Assembly: GCA_963667465.2 (NCBI GenBank)
Contig: CAXXDN010000002.1
Coordinates: forward strand, 320,001 to 384,000
Source: Dehalococcoidia bacterium
Lineage (GTDB): Bacteria > Chloroflexota > Dehalococcoidia > UBA2979
Direction: 5' to 3'
DNA length: 64,000 nt
This document shows positions 55,819-64,000 of this stretch, one piece after another. The position numbers and the translations under genes are program-made. The notes beneath the pieces are model-generated. The model saw only the letters and a program-made list of their open reading frames with translations. It was not told where the DNA came from and did not search any database. How positions within the stretch are numbered: the first letter of the stretch is position 1; each line of letters starts with the position of its first letter.

Positions 55819-56444
55819 CCACAACCCGCTGGCAGCCCGGGGCCTTCATTACCGGCCGCAGCATCTGGTACGGTCGCGTCTTCACGGCCTGGCCCTTCGT
55901 CGTCATCGAGGATCGCGGCGACGTGATCGCCGCCTGCACGCCGCCGGGCACGGTCTGGAAGCGCCCGACCGACCTCGAGGGCAACGACATCCGGCTGCCC
56001 CACGGCGAGTGGGGGCTGCGCGACGACGTCTGGTACGGCCGCGGCATGGTGCGCGTCTTCATCGAGGGCGCCGCCCACTCCGTGCTCGTCTTCCTCGGCG
56101 AGGGCGACGTGCGGCGCTGGTACGTGAACCTCGAGGCGCCCTTCCGCCGCACGGCGATCGGCCTCGACACCTCGGACCAGCACCTCGACATCGTCTTCCC
56201 GCCCGGCCTCGGCGAGCCCGAGTGGAAGGACGAGGACGAACTCGAAGAGGCCGTCGCCTACGGCAGTATGACCCGCGGAGAGGCCGAGGCGACCCGCGCC
56301 GAGGCCGAGCGCGCGATCGCATGGATCCAGCGCGGCGACCACCCCGCCATCGACGACCGCTGGCGTACCTGGGCGCCGGCCCCGGAGCTGGGCATCCCGG
56401 CGCTCGCGCCGGACTGGGAGACGCTGCCGCCTCAGATCTCGTAG
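55815..56444 (+). CDS. DUF402/FomD-like protein
   Basis: WYVNLE.P, DT.D..LD+V, WKDEDE. Confidence 0.85.
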   Translation: MTTTRWQPGAFITGRSIWYGRVFTAWPFVVIEDRGDVIAACTPPGTVWKRPTDLEGNDIRLPHGEWGLRDDVWYGRGMVRVFIEGAAHSVLVFLGEGDVRRWYVNLEAPFRRTAIGLDTSDQHLDIVFPPGLGEPEWKDEDELEEAVAYGSMTRGEAEATRAEAERAIAWIQRGDHPAIDDRWRTWAPAPELGIPALAPDWETLPPQIS

Positions 56445-57181
56445 GTCGCGAAGTCCTCGGCCAGCTGGACGCGAGCGAGGGCGCGCGCCCAGTCCGGCAC
56501 GGCGAGCGGGTCGTAGTGCGTCACCAGCAGTCGCGTCGAGGGGTGGAGCGCGTCGCGCAGATCGCGCACGTCGTCCCAGCTCGTGTGGCCGTAGGCGCGG
56601 TCGCCGCCGCACTCCGTGATCAGCAGGTCCGCGCCCTCGGCGAGAGTGAGCACTGCGTCCACGTACGCCGTGTCGCCGGTGTAGGCGACGACGCCGTCCG
56701 GGTGCGAGACGCGGAAGCCGAGCGCCTCGATGCCGTGGCCGTGCTCCATCGAGACGCACTCGACGCGCAGCCCGGCCCACTCGAAGGCCGAGCCGCCCGC
56801 CTGCTCGAACCAGCGCACGCGTGGGTCGTCGCGCTCGGGCAGCCGGTCGGAGGCCCCGATCACCTCGCGCAACCGGTCGTGGATGCCCGGCGGCCCGGCG
56901 ATGCCGAGCGGCTCGCGTGGGGCGCCCTCGCGGGCCGCTTGGCCCACCGTCGCCTCGAGCAGGAGGAGGTCCATGCCGCCGATGTGGTCGGAGTGCTCGT
57001 GCGAGAGCAGCACGAGGTCGATCGCCTGCGTCGGCACGCCGAGGCGGAAGAGGTGCGCGAGTGTCTGCGGCGGGCAGTCGAGCAGCACCCGCCCGTCGAG
57101 CAGGAACCCGCTCCAGTAGCTCCCGTGCGAGAACGCGAACCCGGACCCCAGGCAGTCGAGGCGCAGCCGGTTGCGAGTCAC
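56432..57181 (-). CDS. Metallo-beta-lactamase-fold (RNase Z-like) hydrolase
   Basis: LLDC, SHEHSDH, YTGDT, ITEC, GH, VTH. Confidence 0.87.
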   Translation of the reverse strand: MTRNRLRLDCLGSGFAFSHGSYWSGFLLDGRVLLDCPPQTLAHLFRLGVPTQAIDLVLLSHEHSDHIGGMDLLLLEATVGQAAREGAPREPLGIAGPPGIHDRLREVIGASDRLPERDDPRVRWFEQAGGSAFEWAGLRVECVSMEHGHGIEALGFRVSHPDGVVAYTGDTAYVDAVLTLAEGADLLITECGGDRAYGHTSWDDVRDLRDALHPSTRLLVTHYDPLAVPDWARALARVQLAEDFATYEI

Positions 57182-57210
57182 GTGTGCCGAGTCGTCGCGG
57201 CCCGCCGCCG

Positions 57211-57840
57211 CTACCGGCCGGCGGGGGCGGGGTTGGGGACGCCGCAGAGCCGGCGGCCCTCGGCGAGCGTGTCGGGCGTGTCGAGGTCGATGCGCACGAT
57301 CGGCTCGTCGTCCATCGCAAGCTCGACGGGCGGGTGGCGGCGCAGCACGGAGCGCAGGCCCAGCTCCTCCTCCGTCGCCGCCGCCAGCTCCTCGAGCAGC
57401 TCGCCGGAGACGACGACCGGGTGGCCTCGCGAGCCGAGGTACGAGGGCTGGACCGCCTCGGCGCCCGTCGAGCGCAGCTCGTCGACGAGCCGGTCGATGA
57501 TGTCGGCGCGCGTCGGCTGGTCGACGTTCTGGATCACGACCGCGTCGGGCCGCCTGCGACTCGGCGAGAGCAGCGCCGCCGCGCCGGCGGCCAGCGAGGT
57601 CGAGCGGCCCTGCGCCCAGCGCGCGTTGAAGACGCAGTGCTGTCGCTGGCCCTCGGCGAGCGCGCGCCGCACGTCGTCGGCGTACGCCCCGGTGACGACC
57701 ACGACGCCCTCGATCTGCGTGCGGGTGAGTTCGTCGAGCTCCCAGGCGAGCAGCGAGTCGGCGCCCCAGGGCAGCAGCGGCTTGGGCGAGCCCATGCGGG
57801 TCGAGGCCCCGGCGGCGAGCACGAGCGCGGCGACGCTCAT
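57211..57840 (-). CDS. Molybdenum cofactor cytidylyltransferase-like (MocA/YgfJ) nucleotidyltransferase
   Basis: LAAGASTRMG.PK, DQP, GHP, DLDTP. Confidence 0.85.
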   Translation of the reverse strand: MSVAALVLAAGASTRMGSPKPLLPWGADSLLAWELDELTRTQIEGVVVVTGAYADDVRRALAEGQRQHCVFNARWAQGRSTSLAAGAAALLSPSRRRPDAVVIQNVDQPTRADIIDRLVDELRSTGAEAVQPSYLGSRGHPVVVSGELLEELAAATEEELGLRSVLRRHPPVELAMDDEPIVRIDLDTPDTLAEGRRLCGVPNPAPAGR

Positions 57841-58259
57841 GAGGCGGCTCCCGCGCGCTCAGCTGTCCGGCTGGCGGCGGGGTCGTTGCGCCAGCCCTCG
57901 ATCGCCTCGCGCACGGCGGCGGCGGCGAGGACGGAGCAGTGCAGCTTGGACTTCGGGAGCCCGCCGACGGCCGCGGCGTAGTCCTCGCGCGAGAGCGCGG
58001 CGGCCTCCTCGAGGCTGCGCCCGAGCAGCAGCTCGGTGGCCGCGGAGGACGTCCCGATCGCGGCCGGGCAGCCCGAGGTCAGGAACGAAGCAGCGGCCAC
58101 GCGCTCATCCTCGATCCGCAGAAAGATCCGCATCGAGTCCCCGCAGACGGGATTGACCACGTACGCCTCGGCGTCCGCATCCTCCATCGCCCCCGCGTTG
58201 CGCGGCCGCTCGAAGTGCTCAATCAGCGCCTCGCTGTAGCCGGTCGTCGTTGCTGCCAT
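57837..58259 (-). CDS. iscU: IscU/NifU-N Fe-S scaffold
   Basis: HF..PRNAG, NPVCGD, GC..A, KLHCS. Confidence 0.9.
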   Translation of the reverse strand: MAATTTGYSEALIEHFERPRNAGAMEDADAEAYVVNPVCGDSMRIFLRIEDERVAAASFLTSGCPAAIGTSSAATELLLGRSLEEAAALSREDYAAAVGGLPKSKLHCSVLAAAAVREAIEGWRNDPAASRTAERAGAAS

Positions 58260-58336
58260 GGCCGTATTGTCTCACGGGTTTGGGGAAGGGGGGCGGCGCA
58301 ACTGCCCCATGGCAAGCCGGCGCACGGTGCGCTGCG

Positions 58337-58789
58337 CTAGAACTCCGCGTCCATCCTGAACTCGCGGTGTCTGAGCGCAAAGATGCTCTCTCGATTGAGT
58401 GCGACTCTGATCCCATCGTCATTTGTAACCACATCCCATCGCTCGGGCAGGTGATCGCGGAAGTGGATGGCCGTGCAGACGACCATTGGATCAGCCGCAC
58501 CGTCTGATGTGGTGAAGAACTGCCCATAGCGTTCAATCACGTGATCGTGGTGGGCTAGAATCTCCGCGGTCTCGGGAACAGTCAGCACCTCACGATTCCT
58601 CCTGGCCCAGCCACGGAGCTTGTCGTCCTGGCGGTCTATCTCACGCAACACAGCAGCCGGTACGCGGAGACGCCCGCTCTTGGCTAGTCTGGTCAGGAAG
58701 TTCATCGGTGCATTCGGGTTCCTACCGCCGAGGAGATCGATCAAAGCGCTTGAGTCAATCAGGTAGCCCTTGTCCGGTGCGAGCACCAC
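58337..58789 (-). CDS. DUF4411-like PIN-fold protein
   Basis: YLIDSSALI, V..EI, ADP.VV, VVT.D; GTG overlaps the upstream TAG. Confidence 0.75.
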   Translation of the reverse strand: MVLAPDKGYLIDSSALIDLLGGRNPNAPMNFLTRLAKSGRLRVPAAVLREIDRQDDKLRGWARRNREVLTVPETAEILAHHDHVIERYGQFFTTSDGAADPMVVCTAIHFRDHLPERWDVVTNDDGIRVALNRESIFALRHREFRMDAEF

Positions 58790-59964
58790 TACTCGGCGAG
58801 CAACGCAGCGTCCGACGCCTTGATGCGAAGCGCTCTGGCGACTTCCGAGACGGTGATCGCTTCGTCCTGAAGCGCACGTCCAAGAAGTTTCGCGGAGCGG
58901 TCGCCCAAGTACCTGCTGTACCGCTTGTACTTCGCCACGCCTCTTCCGCGCGCGCGGCCAGGCTTGGCCCTCCAGAACGGCTTGTATCCGCTGTCGGCGA
59001 CGATGCCTAGCTCCCTTAGTCGAATCCCTATGACCGCACCACCTACGTGGAAGCGGCGCTGCAATTCTCTGCGGACAGCCGCGGGCCAATCGAGGAAACT
59101 CACCGGCATGGCATCCTCTGGGAGGGCGGCGAGGACTTCCGCGGCGGGCACCAGCATCTCGGCAGCGAAAGCGTTGGCGTTCCGCTCTTCATCGCGCGGC
59201 TCGACCACATGAGGATCACAAAGGGTTCCCGATCCGGCGTTCAAAACGAGGTGTCCCACTTCATGGTGGAGAGTGAACATCCGACCCGCTGCTGTGTCGG
59301 AGGAGTTGAGGGCGATCGCCGGTGGTCCTCCCCGGTCCCAACGAGACATTCCGCGGAGTTCGTCGATCGGCATAGGGAAGCGAAAGACCGAAACCCCGAC
59401 GCCTTCAACGGCTTCGATCCATCCGGCGAGTGCGTCTTCCTCACCTCCCCAAGCATCCAGCTCCTCAGTTCCAATCCCCAATGCTGAGCGCGTCTCGATG
59501 GCGAGCGATCGGAGATCGGGAGCGTCAGATTCCCGTCCGCTTGTCGATGGAAGTGCAATTGGCTCCGCGTCGGCAAGTCGCGAGAGCACCTGCCGCGTGA
59601 TCTCGTAGAGGCGATCGAAGAGATCAATGCGCTCGCACGCTGAGTAGCTCAGTGTGCTCTTGGCGCCGGGTGGCCGACGGAAGTCCCGGAACGGTGACCG
59701 CGGTAGCTCTGCGGAAAAGAGATCCACGTAGCGCACGAGACACGTGCTCGCCAGCGCCTCCGCCTCCATCACGCTCGGCAAACGCTCACCGCGCTCCATA
59801 GCCTCGATGTCGTGCGCGGTTATCGGCGAATCGGGCCGGTGCCGCTTGAGCGCCTCCGATGCGCGTTCGGCCGCCTGATCATGGCTTAGCCCAACGCGAC
59901 GACGCGCGGCGGCAAGTGTGCCGCGATGGACAGCCACACCGACTTCGGCTCCCTCGACAGCCAT
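58789..59964 (-). CDS. XRE-HTH + ImmA/IrrE metallopeptidase
   Basis: AARRRVGLS...ERGERLPS, DFR, FTLHHEVGH, E..ANAFAAEMLVP. Confidence 0.9.
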   Translation of the reverse strand: MAVEGAEVGVAVHRGTLAAARRRVGLSHDQAAERASEALKRHRPDSPITAHDIEAMERGERLPSVMEAEALASTCLVRYVDLFSAELPRSPFRDFRRPPGAKSTLSYSACERIDLFDRLYEITRQVLSRLADAEPIALPSTSGRESDAPDLRSLAIETRSALGIGTEELDAWGGEEDALAGWIEAVEGVGVSVFRFPMPIDELRGMSRWDRGGPPAIALNSSDTAAGRMFTLHHEVGHLVLNAGSGTLCDPHVVEPRDEERNANAFAAEMLVPAAEVLAALPEDAMPVSFLDWPAAVRRELQRRFHVGGAVIGIRLRELGIVADSGYKPFWRAKPGRARGRGVAKYKRYSRYLGDRSAKLLGRALQDEAITVSEVARALRIKASDAALLAE

Positions 59965-60055
59965 CGTGCTTGTCTCCCGGTTGTCCGTTCGGACGCCACA
60001 CCCTAGGGCCTTGGCGGACCGTCCGGCGTAGTACCAGCCTACTAGAACAATCCGT

Positions 60056-61231
60056 TCAACCCACCCCCCGCAAACACAGCAACCCTTCCAGCGACACCCC
60101 CTTCGCCTGCGCCAGCACGCGGATGCGCCCGAGGCCGGCGGGGTCGAGGAGGGTGTCGGCGGCGCGGCGGGCGGTGGTGTAGGCGGCGAGGTCGCCCGCG
60201 GCTCGGGAGCGGGCGGACTCGAGCTGCTCGCCGATGCCGAGGGCGATCAGCGCCTCGGACTGGGAGACGGAGGGGGCGGACTCGAAGCCGGCGTCCGCCG
60301 CGGCCGCGCCCAGCGAGGTGAGGTCGACGTGGGCGGTGAGGTCGGTGAGGCCGGGCCGGGCGAGCGGGTCCGGCTGCGGGCTGTGACGGCGGAACGCCAT
60401 CAGCGTGCCCATGCGCCGCCACGGCGCGTACAGCCGCTCCGCCTCGTAGCCGTAGTCGATCGTCAGCAGGTAGCCGCGATGGAAGCGCGAGGCGAGCGCT
60501 CGCATCGCCTCGATCGCCGCGGGCGAGAGCTCGGCGCGGCAACCGTCGCCGGGCTCGACGCCGAGCTGCGCGAAGTGCGCCGCGAGCGCGGGGTCGCTTG
60601 CCTCGCCGAGCGCGAGGCGCAGCGCGCCGCCCTCGCTCGTCACGTACCACTCGCGCAGCTCCTCGCCGCGGCGCTCGACGAGGTGGACGGGGAAGGCGTC
60701 GAACAGCTCGTTGCTAATCGCGACGCCCTCGAGGGGTTGGGGTTCGGCGAGCCAGTCGGCGAGCAGCGCGGTGCGCGCCTCGTGGCCGCGCGCGGCGAGG
60801 GCGGCCTGTTGCTCCTCGCCTCGCGCCGGGTGGCCGTCGAGGAGGGTGACGCGCGCGGCGGCGTGGCACTCGGGTGCGCGCGCCCGCAGCCAGTCGAGTA
60901 TTGCCGATGTGAAGGCGCCGGATCCCGCGCCCGGCTCCACGAGGTCGAAGGCGGCGGGTGAGCCGAGGCGTTCCCAGCACTCGGCGACCTGGCGCGCCCA
61001 GAGGTAGCCGAAGATCGGATGCACCTCGGGCGAGGTCTCGTAGTCGCCGTCGCGGCCCCAGGCGAGGCCGGGGCGGGCGTAGTAGCCGTGCTCCGGGTGG
61101 CTGAGGGCGAGCTCCATGAAGCGCGCGAAGGTGATCCACCCACTGGCGGCGATCTCCGCCTCGATCACCGCCGCGAGGGGTGTCGCGCCCTCGGCGAGGG
61201 CGAAGTCGTCGGCTGCGGGCTGCGTGCTCAC
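60056..61231 (-). CDS. MidA/NDUFAF7-like SAM-dependent methyltransferase
   Basis: FMELAL.HP..GYY, GDY.TSPE, EPGAG, SNELFDAFP, IDYG, DLTAHVD. Confidence 0.9.
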   Translation of the reverse strand: MSTQPAADDFALAEGATPLAAVIEAEIAASGWITFARFMELALSHPEHGYYARPGLAWGRDGDYETSPEVHPIFGYLWARQVAECWERLGSPAAFDLVEPGAGSGAFTSAILDWLRARAPECHAAARVTLLDGHPARGEEQQAALAARGHEARTALLADWLAEPQPLEGVAISNELFDAFPVHLVERRGEELREWYVTSEGGALRLALGEASDPALAAHFAQLGVEPGDGCRAELSPAAIEAMRALASRFHRGYLLTIDYGYEAERLYAPWRRMGTLMAFRRHSPQPDPLARPGLTDLTAHVDLTSLGAAAADAGFESAPSVSQSEALIALGIGEQLESARSRAAGDLAAYTTARRAADTLLDPAGLGRIRVLAQAKGVSLEGLLCLRGVG

Positions 61232-61275
61232 GACGCCATCGTAGCGGTGTGCGGGCGTGGGGGAACGGGGACTCG

Positions 61276-61833
61276 CTACTCGCTCGCGCTCTCGCCGCGG
61301 AGGCCCATCACCTGCACGGTGACGCTGCGCAGTTGCTCGCCCTCGAAGCGGCCGGGCGGGAAGTCGAGCTCGACGAGGAAGACGCTCTGCCAGACGCCGA
61401 GCCGCAGCTCTCCGTTCTGCACGGGCAGCGTTTCACTCGCGCCGATCAGCAGGTGCTGGCAGTGCGAGTGGCCGTTCTCCGGCTCGCCCTCCGGCACGTC
61501 GGTGCGGATCGTGAAGTCGTTGTGCTCGTAGTAGTCGTTGGCGGGGACGATACGGTCCAACACGCGGGCCATGTCGCGCAGCAGCAGCGGCTCGTGCTCC
61601 TGCACGGTCACGGCGGCCGTTGTGTGCGCCGATGCGATCAGCACCTGCCCGAAGGCGACGCCGGAGCGTTCGATGACCGCCCGCACGTCCGTGGTCACAT
61701 CGATGAACTCGCTGGAGTGCTGCGTGGCGTACTCGAAACGCTCGCTCACGATGACGAACTCGCTCGCCGGGGCGGTCGTTTCGGAGAGCAGTTCGCGCTT
61801 GAGCGCGCGCGAAGGGGGCGAGGATTGCGCCAT
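61276..61833 (-). CDS. yjbQ: YjbQ (UPF0047) family protein
   Basis: HTTAA...E, YEHND, NGHSH, LGVWQSVFLVELD. Confidence 0.88.
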   Translation of the reverse strand: MAQSSPPSRALKRELLSETTAPASEFVIVSERFEYATQHSSEFIDVTTDVRAVIERSGVAFGQVLIASAHTTAAVTVQEHEPLLLRDMARVLDRIVPANDYYEHNDFTIRTDVPEGEPENGHSHCQHLLIGASETLPVQNGELRLGVWQSVFLVELDFPPGRFEGEQLRSVTVQVMGLRGESASE

Positions 61834-61862
61834 TGCCGCCTCGATCCGTCCCGCGCGACCGC

Positions 61863-62723
61863 TCAGGCCGTCTCGGCCGCGAGGTGACGCCGCAGCGAGC
61901 GTACGGCCTCGGTGATTGTCGCGGCGTCCGGCGCTTCCGGCCGGAAGCGCACGTAGGCCTCGAGGTCCGGCAGCGCGGCGGCGTAGTTGCCGGCGCGCTC
62001 CTGCAGGCGGCCGCGGTCCCGCAGCTCGTCGAGGTCCCAGGGCGCGAGCGTGAGCAGCAGCTCGATCGCGCGTTCCGCCTGCGCCTCGTCGCCGCGCTGG
62101 AGCGCCCGGCCCTTGAGGTTGTGCAGGAGCCGCTGCAGCACCTGCCGAGGCGTGAGCGGGTCCAGGAAGTGGTCGCGGAAGGGCGTGCGGGCGCCGTAGA
62201 TGGAGCGCACGATCTGCTGCAACTGCTCCACCGAGCGCCGGGCGCCGCCGCGGAAGACGTCGCTGAACAGCGGCTCGCCGTCCTCGATCTCGAGGCGGGT
62301 CACCACGTGGCCCGGCAGCCCGACCGCGCGCAACTCCAGCCCGGCGCGCTGGCAGACAGCGACGGCGAGGATGGCGAGCGAGACGGGGATGCCCGTGCGC
62401 CGTTCGATCACCTCGTGCAGCAGCAGGTTGCGGGGGTCGGCGTAGTGGTCCTCGTTGCCCTGGAAGCCGAGCTCGTTGAAGAGCAGGTCGGTGGCGGCGT
62501 CCAGGCGCTCCTCGGGGCCGCCAGCGGGGAGTACGCGCGCCGCCAGCTCGCGGCCCCACTCGTCGAGCTGGGCCTCGTAGCGGTCGACGTCGAGGCCGGG
62601 CGCCTCGGCCTGGGCGATGAGCAGGGCGGCGCGCGCCAGCGGCGTCTCCTCGGGGCGGCCGGCGACAGTGACGCGGAAACGCTCGAGCAGGTCGGAGAAG
62701 TGGTCGCTCAGCGGGGAGGTCAT
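61863..62723 (-). CDS. SirB1/transglutaminase-like + TPR protein
   Basis: GFQGN..Y.DPRN..L..V..RRTGIP.SL, PGH, RLLHNLK, RDRG. Confidence 0.88.
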   Translation of the reverse strand: MTSPLSDHFSDLLERFRVTVAGRPEETPLARAALLIAQAEAPGLDVDRYEAQLDEWGRELAARVLPAGGPEERLDAATDLLFNELGFQGNEDHYADPRNLLLHEVIERRTGIPVSLAILAVAVCQRAGLELRAVGLPGHVVTRLEIEDGEPLFSDVFRGGARRSVEQLQQIVRSIYGARTPFRDHFLDPLTPRQVLQRLLHNLKGRALQRGDEAQAERAIELLLTLAPWDLDELRDRGRLQERAGNYAAALPDLEAYVRFRPEAPDAATITEAVRSLRRHLAAETA

Positions 62724-63280
62724 GCGATCGCGACTCCCTCGACGCGCCAGAGCTTGACGAAGAGCAGGGAGACGAGGGCAGCGACGCCGACCATCGGCGT
62801 CTGCGGCGCCTCCAGCACGTAGGCGATCGGGATCACGGAGAGCAGACCGGTGAGCCCGCCGAGCCGCCGCGACCCGCCGACCCGCCAGACGATGAACGCG
62901 ACGGCGCTGGCGAGCAGGCCGGGAGCAGGCAGCAGTACGAGAATCGCGCCGACCGTCGGCCCGGTGCCGTTACCACCGTGCAGCCGCAGGAAGATCGGCC
63001 AGAGGTGGCCGACGACCGCGACGAGGCCGGCGAGCACGGCTTCGACCTCGCCGAGACCGACGGCGTAGGCGAGGGCGACGGCGGCAGCGCCCTTGCCGAT
63101 GTCCAGGGCGCCGACGAGCACCGAGGTCTTGAAGCCGACGTGGTCGCGCACGTTCATCGTGCCGGGGTTGCCGCTGCCGATGCGGCGGATGTCCTCGCCG
63201 GTCAGGCGGCGAACGACGAGGTAGGCACTCGGCACGGAGCCGAGGAGGTAGGCGGCGCCCAGAATGAGCGCGAGTTGCAT
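62720..63280 (-). CDS. plsY: Glycerol-3-phosphate acyltransferase
   Basis: YLLGSVP, DIR..GSGNPG.MN, DIGKG, GH.WP.F...GG.G. Confidence 0.88.
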   Translation of the reverse strand: MQLALILGAAYLLGSVPSAYLVVRRLTGEDIRRIGSGNPGTMNVRDHVGFKTSVLVGALDIGKGAAAVALAYAVGLGEVEAVLAGLVAVVGHLWPIFLRLHGGNGTGPTVGAILVLLPAPGLLASAVAFIVWRVGGSRRLGGLTGLLSVIPIAYVLEAPQTPMVGVAALVSLLFVKLWRVEGVAIA

Positions 63281-63366
63281 TAGGTGCCCTCCGGGCCGGT
63301 CCCCCAGGCTGAGAGTACCGAGGCGGGGTGGGGGCGAGCAAGCGCCGGACGCTGCTCACCCCCGCG

Positions 63367-63777
63367 CTACGGCGCGGGGGGGTCGATCGGGCGGCGGCCG
63401 GCGAAGCCGCTCTCGCGCGGGTGCCACCAGGCGATGTCCGCCTCGCCCGCCTGCCAGCACCAGTAGGCAGGCCGGCCCTCGAGCGTCGTCGGGAAGTCGA
63501 GCAGGCCCTGTTCGAGGCCCTTCAGCTCCGCGCCCGTGGCCGTGACCTCGGCGATCAATCGCCGGGCGCGCTCGCCGAGGACCGCGAGGCGCTCCGCCAG
63601 CTCGCGCTCGTGCGCGCCGTGCGCGCGACCGTTGCCGCGGCTCCGCTCACGGCTCCGGGAGAGTTCGTGCGAGAGCGAGTCGATGTTGCCCTGCACCTCG
63701 CGCAGCGCCTCGAACGGCGCTCGCGCGGCGGCCAGCGCCTCGCGCGCTTCCTCCAGCGTGAACTCGTGCTCGGCCAT
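63367..63777 (-). CDS. DUF2203-like protein
   Basis: FTLEEA, LK.LE.GLLDFP, YWCW..GE..I.WWH...GFAGR.P. Confidence 0.85.
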   Translation of the reverse strand: MAEHEFTLEEAREALAAARAPFEALREVQGNIDSLSHELSRSRERSRGNGRAHGAHERELAERLAVLGERARRLIAEVTATGAELKGLEQGLLDFPTTLEGRPAYWCWQAGEADIAWWHPRESGFAGRRPIDPPAP

Positions 63778-63818
63778 GCGTCGCCTCCGAGCCGGTCAGG
63801 CGGTTCCGAGGGAGCGGG

Positions 63819-64000
63819 TCACTCCTCGAACGGCGTGAAGCCCTCATCCGGCGGGGGATCGGGCGGCCGCGGCGCGCTCCCGCGTCCCGCCTCGGCGTCC
63901 GCCGGGTAGTCCTCGATCACCGTCGCCGGCTGAGGTTCCTGCGAGGTCGCGAAGCCGGCGCGCTCAAGGGCCTCGCTGAGGCTGCCGCCCAGCGCCGTCA
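63819..64000 (-). CDS. 3' end of an unidentified CDS entering from the right edge
   Basis: Open frame ...TALGGSLSEALERAGF...PPDEGFTPFEE* with GC-rich third positions. Confidence 0.55.
   Translation of the reverse strand, partial: TALGGSLSEALERAGFATSQEPQPATVIEDYPADAEAGRGSAPRPPDPPPDEGFTPFEE

Overview
A high-GC chromosomal window, probably from a Chloroflexota (Dehalococcoidia-like) bacterium; the taxonomy is inferred from gene content, not established. It is mostly housekeeping and catabolic genes: Grx-TrxR fusion, amtB-glnK, thiolase-like proteins, four tandem SDRs, CoA transferases, nudC, tRNA-Pro(GGG), mfd-pth, a split acyl-CoA ligase, iscS, iscU, lhgO (frameshifted), a TPP lyase, a NuoI/NuoG-like Fe-S pair and plsY. 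Small accessory cassettes are interspersed: a PRTase+DprA pair (ShosTA-like), HigB/HigA-IrrE, VapBC, XRE-IrrE+DUF4411-like PIN, and a partial RelA/SpoT-like gene at the left edge. The clearest signal is a complete IS110 element (15104-16595, minus strand). Its non-coding end can be read directly as a bridge RNA whose guide segments match its own donor junction and the REP-like repeat it interrupts. The best candidate for something undescribed is the amtB-glnK(Y51F)-stand-alone GlnR-like wHTH module, preceded by an 11-bp-periodic GlnR-box-like array. All product calls come from motif recognition, not database searches.
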